Assembly (NCBI GenBank): GCA_020137815.1
Contig: CM035353.1
Coordinates: 8,432,001 to 8,496,000 of the forward strand
DNA from: Hormiphora californensis
Taxonomy: Eukaryota; Animalia; Ctenophora
Length of the DNA stretch: 64,000 nucleotides
Direction: 5' to 3'
In this document: piece after piece, positions 47,768 to 63,120 of the stretch
Numbering within the stretch: the first letter of the stretch is position 1
Layout of the letters: each line of letters starts with the position of its first letter
Notes under the pieces: model-generated
What the model was told of the DNA's origin: nothing
The model's database searches: none
Seen by the model: the letters and a program-made list of their open reading frames with translations, nothing else
Position numbers and translations under genes: made by a program

Positions 47768-48948
47768 GAGATGATGGGAGCGTGTGACACATAGAAATAA
47801 CAAGCGAGAGGAGTGAGAATGGTTGCGCGACAAACAGGACACACTGCCACGGCAAGATCGATTGCGAACAAGAGATCGTAATATCATGAATAGAATGGCC
47901 GAAAAATAACTGCCACTGGAGAAGCATATTGAACTTTTATAATTTATTTGATGTAGTATCTAACCAAACCCCCGATCCCTGCAAGTCATGCACAATTTCG
48001 AAGAAGTAAGAACCATAAAACGCATCATCATTAAACAACTCAGAGGTCCCAACACATGACTATGAAGCCCAGTGTGAATTACAAAATAACTTACGATGTT
48101 ATAGCGTGTCCAGTGTTGTAGAGGCTATCGAAGTTCTGTTGTGTACAGTTTGTGATGTGATCCCGGGGTTGTTGCTGCTGTTGCTGTTGCTGTTGCTGTG
48201 AAAAGGTATTCTCGTCATTGCAGAAGTCTGATCCTCTAATGGGACTGGGCTCTGTCTTACAGTTCCCGTTGTATGATTCCATGTTCTCCCCTGATATAGA
48301 GGGCGGTTAGATCAGCAAATAGAGGGGGCACGGCGGAATAATAGTTACAAATCGTAACGGTTTTACTCCGACTGCATGCTATTGGTAATCGGTAAAATAC
48401 GGCGGGAGATTTAAACAAGCTGGCTACTACTGCAGCAGTATAGCTGGCTACCATTATAGACCAGGTATACTGCTGCAGAAGTGCAGTGTGTAAACTTAGT
48501 AAACAGACAGGTGGCTAGACAGCAGCCAGCCAGACACTGATGTGTGTTGCCAGATATCTGGTTTATAACATTTTAGTCGTGATTTAGAGTGGAGAACAGA
48601 GCCTATCAATCAGCTATATGGGGTGTTTGACGTACCTGTACCGTTGTATATCTGAGAGAGATTGGAGCGGAGAGATTCCAGCATTGTACTGACGCTGTTA
48701 GTGTTTCCTTCTCCACCTCCACTGCTGGGCGAATTGGAACTGGATCCGTTCAATATCTTGTTATCTGGAGCGAGGAGGGGGTGTTAGAGGGATGGTAGAC
48801 TAGGGAATAGAGGGGGAGGACACATGTTACAAACTATACGGACAGTGTGATAGTGTGACATACAATGTGCAATAACAGAGTGTGATCTAAACTCACCGTG
48901 GCTTGTGAGACCAACGAGGGGTGGAAGAGAGTTAAGAAGAACTGTCAT
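42771..48948 (-). CDS. ETS-family transcription factor with two alternative terminal ETS-domain exons
   Basis: Phase-consistent exons about 48948-48897, 48765-48636, 48290-48095, 45793-45539, 45370-45293 and 44995-44781 (the last needs one fewer C in a C-run). Then ETS exon A about 44657-44184 or exon B about 43399-42771, both with LWQFILELL...WTG..EFK...LARRWG.RKN...[14 protein letters not shown]. Confidence 0.85.
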
Positions 48949-49363
48949 GCTACAATAATGGGTGGTTAAATACACTGCAGAAAACGAGTTGCAAACATCG
49001 AAATAGTTGACAACGATCAGAGACACTAAATAGCTGGGTAGTCACTAGTCATGTAGAGACTGGTTGAAGACGTATAGGGTTCCAAGCAAGTACAATGATA
49101 CAACTGATCAGTAAAGTAACTATCTGTAGCTGGTTGTATACTAAACTAAGATCCACTAAACTAACAGATCTGACTCAGCAGATACGGAGCCAGGGTTACA
49201 GCCTGGTTACACCCTGGTTACACCAAGACTCAGCAGATATATATGTGTTAAGGAGTGGCTCCAAGCTAGCTAGTAGTGGAGCTATGGTGCTAATACATTA
49301 TAGTCACTAAATCAAATCACTTACCGTACACAACCTAAAATAGCTAATATTGGCACGTGACAT

Positions 49364-49407
<44 letters not shown>

Positions 49408-49855
49408 TCCGAGTTAGATGCTCTCTCTCTCCTCTCTCTCTCTCTGCAATACACGTGTGTCAGAGAGAGAGGGGGCACCCCCCGGCTACACCCGGAAGCA
49501 GCTACACAATATATGGTTCAAGCAGCAGTTTGACACTGCACCTTTATACCCTCACATTAGGCTCCCCACACCCCCCATCAGGGACCCCACCGCTGGGAAA
49601 CCCAAGCTACTCCCACCAAGGGGGTAGGAGAGTGAGCGAGTAATTAGGATTTCCGGGTAACACCGGAGAGGTGGTGAGAACTAATGGAGATCTGTTACAG
49701 GTACATGTCACAGTATGTAATTGGAATTGTTGCAACTGCAACAAACTCTGCAAGACAGCAACTGAATAAGATTAAATTGAAATGCAGTTTTTAAGGCCGG
49801 TGCAGCTTGCTGGCTTGCTGCAGCAGTTAGTAACTGTTCTTAGAATTTAATGACG

Positions 49856-49916
<61 letters not shown>

Positions 49917-52900
49917 TCTCTCTGTTCAGTGTTAGCGGCCAACGCACTGGACCACGTGGACATATTGTTGGGCATTAAAGAAATTAATTGAGAAATTTAA
50001 ATACTAAATGCTTTTGAATTACCACCTAGCAGGAGCCAATGAAACTTATGCCAACCAACAAGATGTGTGTCTACTAACTACTTTCTCTCTACGAAAAGAG
50101 CTGCAACGAGTTGGAGAAAGCAAATAATCTGCAGATTATCTATTTGCTTTCTACTAGATATTATATGCTATTTCTGGGATCCATGATAAACTACCAATAT
50201 TATTATTAGAAGGCTGCAGATTATAAAAACTATAATTGTTGCTGAAGGGCCTAGGAAGAGGGTGTTTCTAAGAAAAAGGAACTGTTTTTAGTAGTTCCTG
50301 GTTTGGGCGAGTCTGAATATATAATGGATGATCAGTTCTAACTGAGTAGCTGCAGTAGAGGGGGATGAATTCTATCAGGGCCGAGAGGGATGATGAAGTG
50401 ACTAGACTCTTTCCCTTCACCTAGAATAGAAGAAGGGGGAGGGCTTAATATAGAATCAGTGCTCATGGAGGATGGCAGTGATTTCCCCATTACATCATGT
50501 TCACAGATCTAACTACTTGTGGCGCCCCGTTACTTCCCGGCCAGTTAGCCGGTTAGTGCACCCTCTAAGTGACAGATTCAGAGATTGATACAACGTGAGG
50601 ATCAGAACACCGCCAACAACCTAGACCACCTCTAATACTGTCTCTATTTCTCTCTCTCTCCTCTCTGATATACTACTAGACCTCCCATTAGCTCTATACT
50701 TCAGTGGAGGGGTTACAATCGTTTGAAGCACGTGTCAAAGGCCAAGTAGTATAGACACTTTCAGTTGAGGCCGTGATCCCTCCTGTATGAAACATCAAGT
50801 ATAGACACTGCAAGCCTTCTAAAGAGAGACTATAGGTCATCTCTCCTGTGAAACATCGAGTGACAGAGCTAAGTAAAGGAACAAGAGTGATATGTACAAT
50901 GTACGGGGGAGAAGGACATGGTGTACAAGACCATGCCGTATCAAACTCGATCTAGGTCGGGGAGGAGGGGCCTTGTAAAAACAACAATGTGAAACTGCTA
51001 TAACACTGCATGCTCCCCCCTTTTTAAACCACACAGTGCCTTGTAAAGAGAGATCTGGTTCTGGTTACGACAGGGGGTGATGTGAGCTGCTATGATTGCA
51101 TGGCTGGATGCAGTAGCTGATTAAGTGTCGCAATACTAGTTACAGCTGAGCCGCAGTACTAGTTACTAGGGGGGTGTGATACCTGAGCCGCAGTACTAGT
51201 TACTAGGGGGGTGATACCTGAGACGATATGTGAACAGGCAATCATTGGACAACTACCGGAATGCAGCACAACTAGGTCCTACATACATTACAATGATGTC
51301 TAAGAGCTCTAAGAGGTCCTACTTTACAGCTATTCAATAATGTCTAAAAGCTTTTATACCACGAATCACGATCATAGTGGAAGCAAAATAACAAAACAAA
51401 TTTTAACATTTGGTTTAAACACTATAATTATAAGTGTTTAAAGTTGTTATGTGTCTTATTATAGCTATCTCTTATTCAGCTAGGTCAGATCTGAGATCAC
51501 TGAACACTGTTCAGTGTTCGGTTTAAACACCAAGTTGTTTTGTTACTTTATACTTTACTTACTCATTACTTTATACTTTACTTACTTATTACTTTATACT
51601 TTACTTACTTATTACTTTATACTGATATCTAGGCCACTGCGTCAAACCAGTTAATCGTGCGTCACGATATGGAAAGATACGTCCTAAATTTACCGTCTAA
51701 CCATTAATATATGGTTATGAAGCATAATATATGTAGCTACGCCCAACTACTAGATACTGGTCCTAGGTGTTACAGAACTTTATTTAGAATACAGATAGAG
51801 CTATATATTGTAACAAAAAGAGGTGTCCCTTAATGAGTCCACCTAGGGGAACCCCCAAAATGAGTTAAAAGAAAAGGAATGATTAAAAACAACAAGTTCT
51901 CAGACAGGGTATATTGGGTGGGGCTCTGCAACTCTCCCACCCTTTACATTTGTCAGGGGGGGGGGGATGAAAAAGAAAATAAACCATGGGGCTCCTTTAT
52001 GTCTGGGGAGTTCTAACTGTCTCGCTCTCACCATCTCTTTCTCGAGGACTAAAACTATATAGTGAAGACAAACTAAATTCACGCTCTCGATGAATGAACC
52101 TGAACAGTCCGCATATCATGATCTTCAAGGTGAAGATATACCGGATTAGGGGATCTTAACATTTGGCTGAGTAGTTCGGTGACAAATAGTGATACTTACA
52201 GGGAGAAAGAGAAGCTGGAGAGACAGGGAGAGAGAGGACTGAATTAGAACACGAGAAATAGGAAATGGAGTTGAAAATGGGGTGAATAGTGTGTCTACCC
52301 CATTGTCCTCCCTGACAAGTTACTATATGATAGAAAAAAGAGATCATGATTCAGGAGTGTTCAATTACATGCTTCTAGAATGATGTTTCATTAATCATAG
52401 CATATAAATTTTGTCATATTGTATTAATAACACTAGTGTTGTCTACAGTTTTTATTAAACATGCCTACTGCCTCGATGCTAATTAGTTTCATCATCATCT
52501 TCATGTCCATTCTATTTAATCATAGTCGTAATACATTTTGAGTTTTAATAGTTTGATACTGATAATTTCTAATCTATTAGGATCCTCCTCAATTTAAATT
52601 TTCATTGTGAATTACAGGAATGAGTGCTCGGCAAACAGGTGGCGAAATAGAGAGAGAGATGGAGAGATGAGATAGAGAGAGATTGAAAGAGAGATATATC
52701 GATATATAGTTGGAGAAAAAAAGAGAGGAATAGAGAATCTCTCTGACAAAGAGAGAGATCAAACAGTCATGGTCACACGTAAAGGAAGATTTGAATTCAT
52801 TAAAGACCTGAAATAGAAACGAAACATCAATCTGAATTGACCTTGATTTTTCATGATGTACGAAATACAATTAGCGGTATAACTTGCCAACACTCATCAC

Positions 52901-53290
52901 CGCCACTCATCTCACATTGAGCCATTGATAAATTTGTAACAGAATGGTAAAGACCCATGAAGAATCTACTGCCAGGATATGATCACCTATGTATGGTACT
53001 TAACAAGGATACAATAATCAGCTACCCATCTCGGGTTCCATAACTCCCACAGCAGGGCTCTGTACTTCCCGGATACAACCTTCTAACATCAACAAGCAAA
53101 CACGTATTGTGGAAAGAGAGACCCGGAACGCTAGGCTTCCGGCTTTTTAATCAGTCGCGTTGACGTCACGTGTATACTAAATGAGAAACAGAGAGAGATA
53201 GATAGATGAAGAGATAGAGAGTGAGATAGTGAGATAGATAGTGAGATAGAGAGTTAGAGTTGAGATATATAGGGATAGAGAAAGATAGAA

Positions 53291-53346
<56 letters not shown>

Positions 53347-54492
53347 CACGTGACAGCTGCTGCTTAGGGCGGAAACACTCCTGCCATGTGGGGGTGTAAC
53401 TCTATCATGGCCCGGCAGCTGACAGATGATGTGAGCGGTGGTGAGAAATGGGGTCCCCAGTCTGACAGGTCGACCAGTGGTGGTGGTGGTGGTGTTCAAG
53501 AGGTATAGAGAGAGAAAGAGAGTGAGAGAAAGAGTGAGAGAAAGAGTGAGAGAGAGTGAGAGAGAGAGAGATAAGGGGTGCTTTTATACCAGGCTAGAAA
53601 GTAACAACTACTGCAGTCAAGAATTTAAGCATTGCATTGATCAGAACTCAACCACATAACTCGAATATCTTGAAGCAACGCCTTCAAGACACTGAACTAA
53701 ACAATTATAACACTTGACTAGATCTACACTTGTATATATCTGGAACTGAACAGCGTACAACTGGCTACTGACTAGATCTACACTTATATCTGGAGCTGAC
53801 TGACTACTGACTAGATCTACACTTATATCTGGAGCTGACTGGAACCTTCACAACCAGTAGTGACAAATTACATGTGACAAGCGTGACAAGTGAGAAGGGG
53901 TCAGGTGAGACATGGCGGATTGGGTCGCCCCCAATAAACAAGCACGCACTTGATCAGATGACAAGCATTATAGATTAGTAACTTGTCCCCCCGCTATAGC
54001 AGATGACCCAATTAGGTACTAGAGCTCCCTCCCTCAATCAATTGGGCACGGAATTGGGGTCATATACCTCGTTTGAATGTTTTGCAGTACAAGGTGGCCA
54101 GGATCATTCATAGGACAAGGTGGCCCTCTGTTATTGGAGGGTCATTCTCTACATGCAACCTTGGTTATCCAATTGTAGACTGAGTCTAAAGTAAGGTTAG
54201 ACTGATTTTGTATTGGGTAAGACTCCGGTGTCTCAATACTGACTAGATAGAGGTAGCTGTGATTGCTTCGTTCTATGTATTACGTGAATTCTCTTTGTAT
54301 TTGACTTTTGAGTATGATTCTGAGTCAGACAATATACTAAAAGTTGGTTAAATGTTTTACAAAAAGAACAATCCACGTGATATGAAGTGTTCTTTTTTGT
54401 AAAACATTTAACCAACTTTTAGCACGGTCTCTGACTCAGAATCATACTCAGGGACAGAGAAAAAGAGAGAGATGGGGATAGAGAGAGGGATG

Positions 54493-54554
<62 letters not shown>

Positions 54555-54576
54555 TAGGGAGAGAGAGAAAGAGTGA

Positions 54577-54647
<71 letters not shown>

Positions 54648-55456
54648 GGAGAGAGAGAAAGAGTGAGTGAGAGAGAGAGAGAGATAGGGAGAGAGAGAAA
54701 GAGTGAGTGAGAGAGAGAGAGAGAGAGATAGGGAGAGAGAGAAAGAGTGAGTGAGAGAGAGGGGATAGAGCTGTGTTCTAAAAGTCTCCAAATCTATACA
54801 CACCACTGCACAGACATGTAAACTAGCACCCCAACTGGACAGTCATGTAGTCAGAGGGTGTGCAAAACATGTGAAATATTGTTCATGGTTATATCAATAT
54901 CATATCCATGGATACTTATATTTTTCCACAATATCACATTGTCATAGTGATGAAATCCTGTTTCATGGGACCTTCCTATTAGTCATAAAGTCAAGGGTAT
55001 GGATACTGCTAGGATCGGGGTTGGGACAAGCTTTCACTTGGTCTGATTGGTTCTTCCAAGCGGGCAACTTTTCCTTTTTTAAATAATTTGTCTCTATAAT
55101 AGTGCTTAGCTGGATAAAAGCAGCTGTGCAGCTATGTTGCTGCAGCTGGAGGTAAGCCAGTGGAAAGCTTGGATAGTTTCCCGCCATAACGACAGTGTAC
55201 CTTGCATAGAGAAAACCAGAGAGAAACCCAGAGAGAGAAAGAGAGGGGAGAGGCAGGGAGGGAGAGATAGAGGGAGAGATAGAGACAGAAATACAGAGAG
55301 AGGGAGTGAGAGAGATAGAGAGAGACATGTTGTAGAAAAGTCCCGGAAAAGTTAACCAATCTGCACTGTATAACACTAGCAGTCCCGCCACCACAACTTG
55401 TATTGGGTACCCGCCATGTACAACCCTCTCTCTCTCCCCCTCTCTCCCCCTCTCTC

Positions 55457-55505
<49 letters not shown>

Positions 55506-57012
55506 ACCATCTCTGTTTCTCCCTCCCTCCCTCCCTCTCTCTCTAGAGGGAAGCCCGCTCAGACACTGTACAGCAGGATCTACAGGCTGGGAACGATATA
55601 ATATTGGGTAGAGCAATAAGAAAAGCAACGGTATTGGTAGCAGTAGAAACTAGTTATCACTTAATTGTAAGAGGTGTTCCATTGGTATATGACTATATGA
55701 TCATGTATCATAGATTTAGAATTGATACAAGAAGAATGCCTATGTGATACACTATTGCAGTATCCAAAGTGTGCACACAAGGAAACTCCCAGGCATTTGC
55801 GATAGACAGCAGAGAGAGATAGATATATAGATAGGGAGAGAGAGATAGATAGATAGTGCGGCGTCAGGAAATGGCGCTACCGGGTCGGACGGGGGCCAAC
55901 TGCAGCAGCAGCAGTGGTATATACACAGCAGGAAATGCAGATGGTGTAACAACTACTAGCATGTGTGTACAATGACGTCTAGTTAAGGAAGCATCATTTC
56001 CCGCGCTGCAGTGATAACTAAGTGGATGAGAGGTGATGACAACAGACAAACACACCGCCAAGCAAACAGAGATGTTATGGGTAACAGTAGAAAAACAGAA
56101 GTATACGAAATCTAGATGCATCATGAGAACAACCAGCAATACAGTTGATCTAGATCTAACCTGTATTATTAGCTGTAAATCCAATGTTGATGTCCTTGTG
56201 TAAGGGGGTGTTGTCCTCCCATTGTCCACCAAGTGTCAGTGCCGCTCCATGTAGACCTTCGTTCATTACTGGACAGGGGGAGGGTTGACGTGGGTTATTG
56301 ATGAAGGTGACTGGGGGACCGGGGATGGTTGGTTATGGTAGCTGGGGCGACGTGGGTTATTGTTACAGCTTGGTGGGACGGTGGGTTATTTTAGCTAGAC
56401 TGGGGGACCGGGGCGAGGTAGTGGGTTACAACTTTAAACATGGCAATACTAAATTAAGACATTAGGCAATGGTAATAGATAACTAAACTGCAAATATAAT
56501 CGTTGGGGGGCCATCGTTACACCATATAGACGACAACGCCCCTGAACTATGTTGTCTAAGTATCTAACTAGCCAACTCTATCTAGAAGATGGGTGGCTTC
56601 CTCAATTACGGCTTTCCAAAAGTCGTACTGATATATACCAGTACGACTTTAGTCACAGCTGGGTGGATGACGGGTGCACATAAAATGTGTCATTATTATA
56701 ACATTTCAAAAATTGGGATGAAATAGAGGAAGATAAGATGCACATATATATCAGTGTTTTTCACTTATAGCACAAGGGAATATTCTAAAAGGATTTATAT
56801 CTTGAATCTTAAATCACTATTTAACCGTTACCCGGCCGGAGTATCTATCCGGTTTAGCTCTCATATACCTCTATCTCTATCTCCTATATCCCTCTCCCTT
56901 TCGCCCCGGCTATTCGATCAACAGAAATTCCCGTTTTCCCATCTTGTAGGTATCTAAGAATGGTTACCCAGTAATATGTGCTTAGAATATAATAGTAGAA
57001 CATATCTCTCTC

Positions 57013-57056
<44 letters not shown>

Positions 57057-57129
57057 CTCTCTCGTCTCTCTCTCGCTCTCTCTCCTCTCTTCTCTCTCTT
57101 ACCCTCTCTCTCTCCCTCTCTCTCACTGG

Positions 57130-57870
57130 CTCATGGTTCAGGCCTCTAAAAGAAACTACTAGAAATGGAAACAAAGGAGTCACACCTAGTGTCCACACCG
57201 GACTCTAGCACTACACGGGAAAAGATAACAAGAATTCTAAAACCCCCAAAAACAAAAACCGAAACTCTACGAAAACCGAACGAAAAGAGAAATGGCGAGA
57301 AAAAGAAAAGGGTGAAGGGCCCACCAAACATAGAAGGCAAGGGGAAGGGCGACCAAAAACAAAAAAAAGCGACTGAAACAGCAAAACACCCAGAATGCAC
57401 TAGGACAAACAAAAAGTCAAATAACAAAAACTGAAACAACAACACAAGACAGGACAATCGCCCGAACTAAAGACGAAAAATTACTCTGAGTTTTACCACA
57501 ACGATTATCGGAAAGATTATTAGAGAAAACACTAAACTAACAATCAAAAACAAGGAGACAATGAGAAGTCTGGACACTGGCCATATCGGGCCAGAACAAC
57601 CTAGGAAGCCGCCCTCTCCCACAGAGACCCTTCCATACATCCCAACTGTTGAGTTATGTGGGGAAAGAGAAAACTCCAAACACAAACTACTAAACTGTCC
57701 TGACCTTGACCACCTCAGATTCACTCAAGAGTATCAAAACATCAAAGAAAACATTTACAATGAAGACGAGCCACTGGAACTAAGGAAACTCACCAACGTA
57801 GTCACCAAATCCGGTCTATTCAAAATAAAACATAACGCTACCACCAAAATGATTCTATACCAACGGTAGT
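57130..57870 (+). mobile_element. Degenerate 3' fragment of a non-LTR retrotransposon (C-terminal CCHC finger region)
   Basis: RSLDTGHIG (cf. RLRTGH) and LCGERENSKHKLLNCPDLDHLR resemble LINE ORF2 C-termini. A-rich and frameshifted. Confidence 0.55.
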
Positions 57871-58299
57871 TTAAAAGTGCACACTGGCAAAGCCCTGATC
57901 TCATCAGGTAGAGTCTGTTGAAACCATCACGGCAGAAGCAAATCCGCAACTAGCAAAAGCGCAATAAAACCAAGTCACTAGTCTTTGGACTGGGCCCCCC
58001 ACAACTAGATCGGCTAAACAAAAAGAACAGCGCCACCTGGGTCGACTCGATCATAGCTGCTATGACGACTCGATGGACCGAACCCTACCACTGTACCCCG
58101 ATCAAGGGTACACGCCTGGAAACCGGCAGGTGGTAGTGCACAAATGTGCCTCATCATGGTGAAGATGAACCGCACTATCGTTCGGCGATTTAACCTATTC
58201 TTGGGAACCCTACCGTAAGACTGGTACGTAAATACTAGTGCGCCCGCTGTTGGTGTTACCTTCATGTCTTTATCGAAACAGTTCTCGTCTTCGACTCGT

Positions 58300-61260
58300 G
58301 TCTTCCAATGGAAGGGTACCCCCTAAGGGTACCGGGGAAACCCGGCGCTACCTTGGTGGGAACCTGACCGGGGAGATCGGCACGGCGCTCTTTGGGGATC
58401 CCTGGTTTTGGGGGACCTGATAAAAGAACTGTTTAAATCCCAGGGATGCTGCTCCCCAAAGCAGCAAGTGGGGGGAAGTACGGGGGGGACACGACACACA
58501 CACACCAAATTGGGTTTAGGCCTCAAAACAAGGTGGTTACGGGTTTTTAATCTAAGGGGGACACCTGAGTGCAGTAAAGGGGATTTTTTAGTTTAAACTA
58601 GTCGTCTACCCAAACCCCCCACCCCTTCTAACCCCTTTCCCCCAAATCACCACCACCCTTTACACTTCTAACCTTCCCCAACCCACCACCCCCCTTTTTA
58701 AACCTTTCCCCCCCCAAACCCCCCCACCCTTCTAAACCCTTTCCCCCAAACCCCACCACTTCTACCTTCCCCAACCCACCACCACTTCTACCTTCCCCAC
58801 CCCACCACCACTTCTACCTTCCCCAACCCACCACCACTTCTACCTTCCCCCCAACCCCACCCCCTTTTTCCTTCCCCCCAAACCCCCCCCCACTTCTACC
58901 TTCCCCCCAAACCCCCCCCCCCACTTCTACCTTCCCCCAAACCCCCCCCACTTCTACCTTCCCCCAACCCCCCACCACTTCTACTTTTCCCCAAACCCAA
59001 ACCCCCCTTTTTTTTTACCTTTCCCCCCAAACCCCCCACCAAATTTACCTTCCCCCCCCAAACCCCCACTTTTTAAACCTTTCCCCAACCCAAACCCCCA
59101 CTTTTAACCCCCCCCCAACCCAAACCAAACCCCTTTTACCTTTCCCCCCAAACCCCTCACCATTCTAACCCTTTCCCCCAAACCCCTCACCCCCCCTTCT
59201 ACCTTCCCCAACCCACCACCACTTCTACCTTCCCCAACCACCCCCACCCTTTACCCTTTTTCCCAAACCCCCACCCTTCCTTAAACCCTTCCCCCCCCCC
59301 CCACCACCACTTTCTTCCCTTCCCCAAACCCCCCACCACTTCTAACCCTTCCCCAAACCCCCCACCACTTTTTAACCCCTTTCCCCAAACCCCCCCCACC
59401 ACTTCTAACCTTCCCCCCAAACCCCCCAACCCCCTTCTACCTTCCCCCCCCCCCACCCCCTTCTCCTTCCCCCAAACCACCCCACTTCTTCCCTTCCCCC
59501 AAACCCCCCACCCCTTTTACCCTTTAAACTAACACCTCCCCAAAGGGTCAAAGTCAAACAAGTGCTAATATTAAACCTCCCCCCTAGAGAGAACATGTGT
59601 GTAGGTAGAATCTATAATCGGAAACATGATAAAACTAAATTAGTAACTACACTGCTGCAGCAGCTCCCCGCGGTATAGAGAATCGATAAGAACTAACAAG
59701 AGGACACCAATTTTGTTGCAGCAATCTTTTTGGGAGTGGGGATAAATGCAACTCCCTTCCCAAAACTAGGGGGTTTTTCAACAATGTGATACCATTGCAA
59801 TCATCACCAAAAATCCTCAATTTTGGGCATAAACCCTTCCCTCTAAAATGGGGGCCGGAGTTGCGGCCGTTTTAAATTTACCCAAGGCGGAAAATCTAAA
59901 ACCCTATTTTTCTATAATGGGGATTATTCAATTACAAAATGCTGGGGTTTAAAATAAACCCTCAAACCCTGTCGGGAAATTAAAGGAGCAGTGATAAAAC
60001 TGAAACAGTCCCAAACCAAAAGTTGATCGGGGGAAAATACGAGTTTTTTGTCAGAGTTTTCAGCGAAAAGCACAAAAACATTTTTCCGATTCTTTACTAC
60101 CTCTCTCTTTTTAAAAAGTCAAACAAAAAATTGCAGCAAAACCCCCTCTCTTTCCCCCTTCTATCTTCTCCCCCCCCTCTCTCCTCTCCCCTTTTCTCTC
60201 TCTGTTTCTCTTTTCTCTCTCCCATCTCTCTCCCCCCCCCTCTTCTCCCCCCCTTCTCTCTCTTCTTTTCTTTCTCTCTCTCTCTCTCTCACTCTCTCTT
60301 CACAAACACACACACATAGCTAGAATTTTTGGGGCTATTTACCTTTCCTATTGGGCTATATTGGCCCCGGTTCGCCTTTTCTCTGGCTTGGGGCCATTTA
60401 AGGGCCCGTACTCAATGGACACGTGACAAGCGGGGAGCAACCAAAAGGTACAGCCTTTACGCCCTAGGGTTTCGGGGGGAGGAAAAAGATCCAAACCAAC
60501 TCCCCTCCCATTTCAAAAGTTACAACATACACCCCAAACAAAAATAAAATTATTAAACCTTTTCCCCCTAAAAGGGGGGGAGTTCGGAAATTTTAAAATT
60601 GACAAGGGGCCTAAAACTCCCTTTTAAACATTAACTTACAAGGGAAACACCCATGTTCAAAAATTTTTTTAAAAAAAAAAAAGGGGGGTTTGTAAAAAAA
60701 AAAGGGCCCCCCAATTTGGGCCCCCCAAAAAACCCGATTTCCAAACCCCTAAATTAAAAAAAAAATTTTTAAGAAAAAAAAAAAAAGGGGGGAAAAAAAA
60801 AAAAAATTTCCCCCCCCCCTTTTTCCCCCTTCCCCCACCCCTTTTCCCCCTTTCTCCTACTCCCCTTTTTTTTCCTTTTCCCCCCTTCTTTTTCCCCCTT
60901 TTTTCCCTCTTTTCCCCCTTTCTTCCCCACCCTCCCCGGGGCGTTTTCCCCCTTTTTTGGGGGAAAAAACCCCCAAAAGGGAGGGAAAAGGGAAAAGGCC
61001 CCCCCCGGGGGGGGGGAAGGCCCAAAGGGACAAAAGGGAAAAAAAAAAGGTAAAAAAAGGGGGGAAGGGAGGAGAGAGAAGGAAAAGAAAAAGGGGGGGG
61101 TGGAGAGAAGGGGGAAAAGAGAAGGGGGGAGAGAGAAGAGAAGGGGGGGGGGGGGGGGGGAAAAAAAAAAAAAAAAAAAGGGGGGGGGGTTGGCCCCCGG
61201 TTTAAACCCCCCCACGGGGCCCCCGGGCCCCCAAAAAAAACGGAAAACCCTTGGAAGAAA
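58300..61260. other. Low-quality sequence including a ~25-bp C-rich minisatellite (CCCACCACCACTTCTACCTTCCCCA)
   Basis: Homopolymer inflation throughout. Recognisable repeat units at 58610-59520. Confidence 0.7.
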
Positions 61261-63077
61261 ACAAGGCTCGAGAAACATTGTGTAAAGAGGCAACACGGAT
61301 ATAATATAGGTTGAGAGATGCTTGTATAATATCACTAAAGGGGCAAAATGCCCCCACTATATATACACATACCGTAAAAAAACATGTGTAGAACAGGACT
61401 GGTGCCGCCCGAAACAGCAGGCACTATGTTTGGAGGAGGAAGAAAAGCGAACCCTTCCCTTTTCCCTTTTCTCTCTCTCTCTCTATTCCCCTCAGTTTTA
61501 ATTTACCCCCCTATCTAGTGTTGCTTTTATATGTGCGGAGCTCCTAAAGTGTTGTACTTTATTCATTTGATTGAGTTGCGACCATCATGGTGTTATAACA
61601 GCCTCATGGATTACACCAGATCTAACACTTCTCCAGATCTAAGACTTTACAATACAGCCGAACTACATATTGCGTAAAACCTAGCGATGCCGACCAAATG
61701 GAGTAAGCTGCAGCTTCAATTTACCTAGCTTGTTGTTGGACGAGTGGGAGCCACGCATTTAATCGCAGATATATGTTACCCAACTGACATATCCTCAACC
61801 AGATAACTCCAGGATTTAGATTTCCCAAATACTTCGAGAGGATTATATAATCAATAAACCCGGGTATATATGTAGCGGGTCGCCCGCTAGGGTGATTCGC
61901 TACACCACATACTGCCCGTCCTGCGAAGCATGGATGTATATGGTATAAAACCCGGCCAAAGGGAGGGGTTTATACTTTCTGTAAGCAAGGATTATATTGA
62001 TTATAAGTTTTAGCGGCAAAAACATCCTTGCTTTTTATAGCGGGCGGGGTGTATACATCTATGATTTATAATTCTCAGCCAGTTCGATTACCAACTACAT
62101 TTCTTTTCTCAGCAGGGGTTTTTCTCTCCCTCTCTTTCTCTCTGCCCTGTCATGTCCCCTTCATTGACCCCTCACTTTTCCATAAGCCAGTACAGGATCA
62201 TGTCTATTGATTGGGAACACACGACGGATTGACGCTGATTGGGAGGAAGTGTGTTACCACAAGTCACAATAGATTAGATCTCATCTTAACAAAAGCGAGA
62301 CAGCAGCCACAGCAGGGACGGTTGAATCAGTCCCATGTTCACTGCAGCTGGTCTGGATATTGGATAACCACTTTTAGAGCTATATTTTCAATTTCAGGCC
62401 ATATACCATGGTTATCGTATCATGTCCCAAATCGAAACAGCAGCATGGACGGTGGAATAATAACCCATATTTCAAAAAGATATTGGATAACCACTTTTAG
62501 AGAAATTAAACACGTGGCTCCAAAAGTGGTTACCCTTGAGGCGATGGTTACCATGGTTACTGTATCATCATGTATACTGTATGTACACTGTAAAGTTTCG
62601 AGGCCCCGCAAGACACCAGCAAAGTGGGAGGAAGTACGGGAGGTTCAAACACACACACTGTAAAGTTTCGTGTATATTCGGAAGAAAATGAACCTTCTGA
62701 GCCGTCTGTTTCGGGGTCTTACTACCAGGGTCTAACAGGATCACACTAACACCACGCCCCTGCAGTATTATGTTACGGATCTACCAATTTGTTTCACACT
62801 GTAACAACCCCAACTAATTGCTTATAAACCCACCTAGCTATGACGTTACACTGCTATACTCTTTACTTTATGTTCAAAGATTGGTATGAATAAGTAATTT
62901 CAATCTATGAATGTAATCTAAAATGGATTGAAGGGGGTATTTACGTTTAACCATTTCATTTTCGACTCGACTCAGAGTTCAGACTCTCTTGACCCTGTGA
63001 TGAGAAAAAGGCAGAGATAGGGAGAGAGATAGAGCTGGAGATAGATAGAGAAAGAGCGAGAAGGAGAGAGAGAGAGA

Positions 63078-63120
<43 letters not shown>

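Noticed and set aside
58610-59520. Telomere-like C-rich repeats
   Set aside because: The unit is about 25 bp, not CCCTAA, and lies in noisy sequence.
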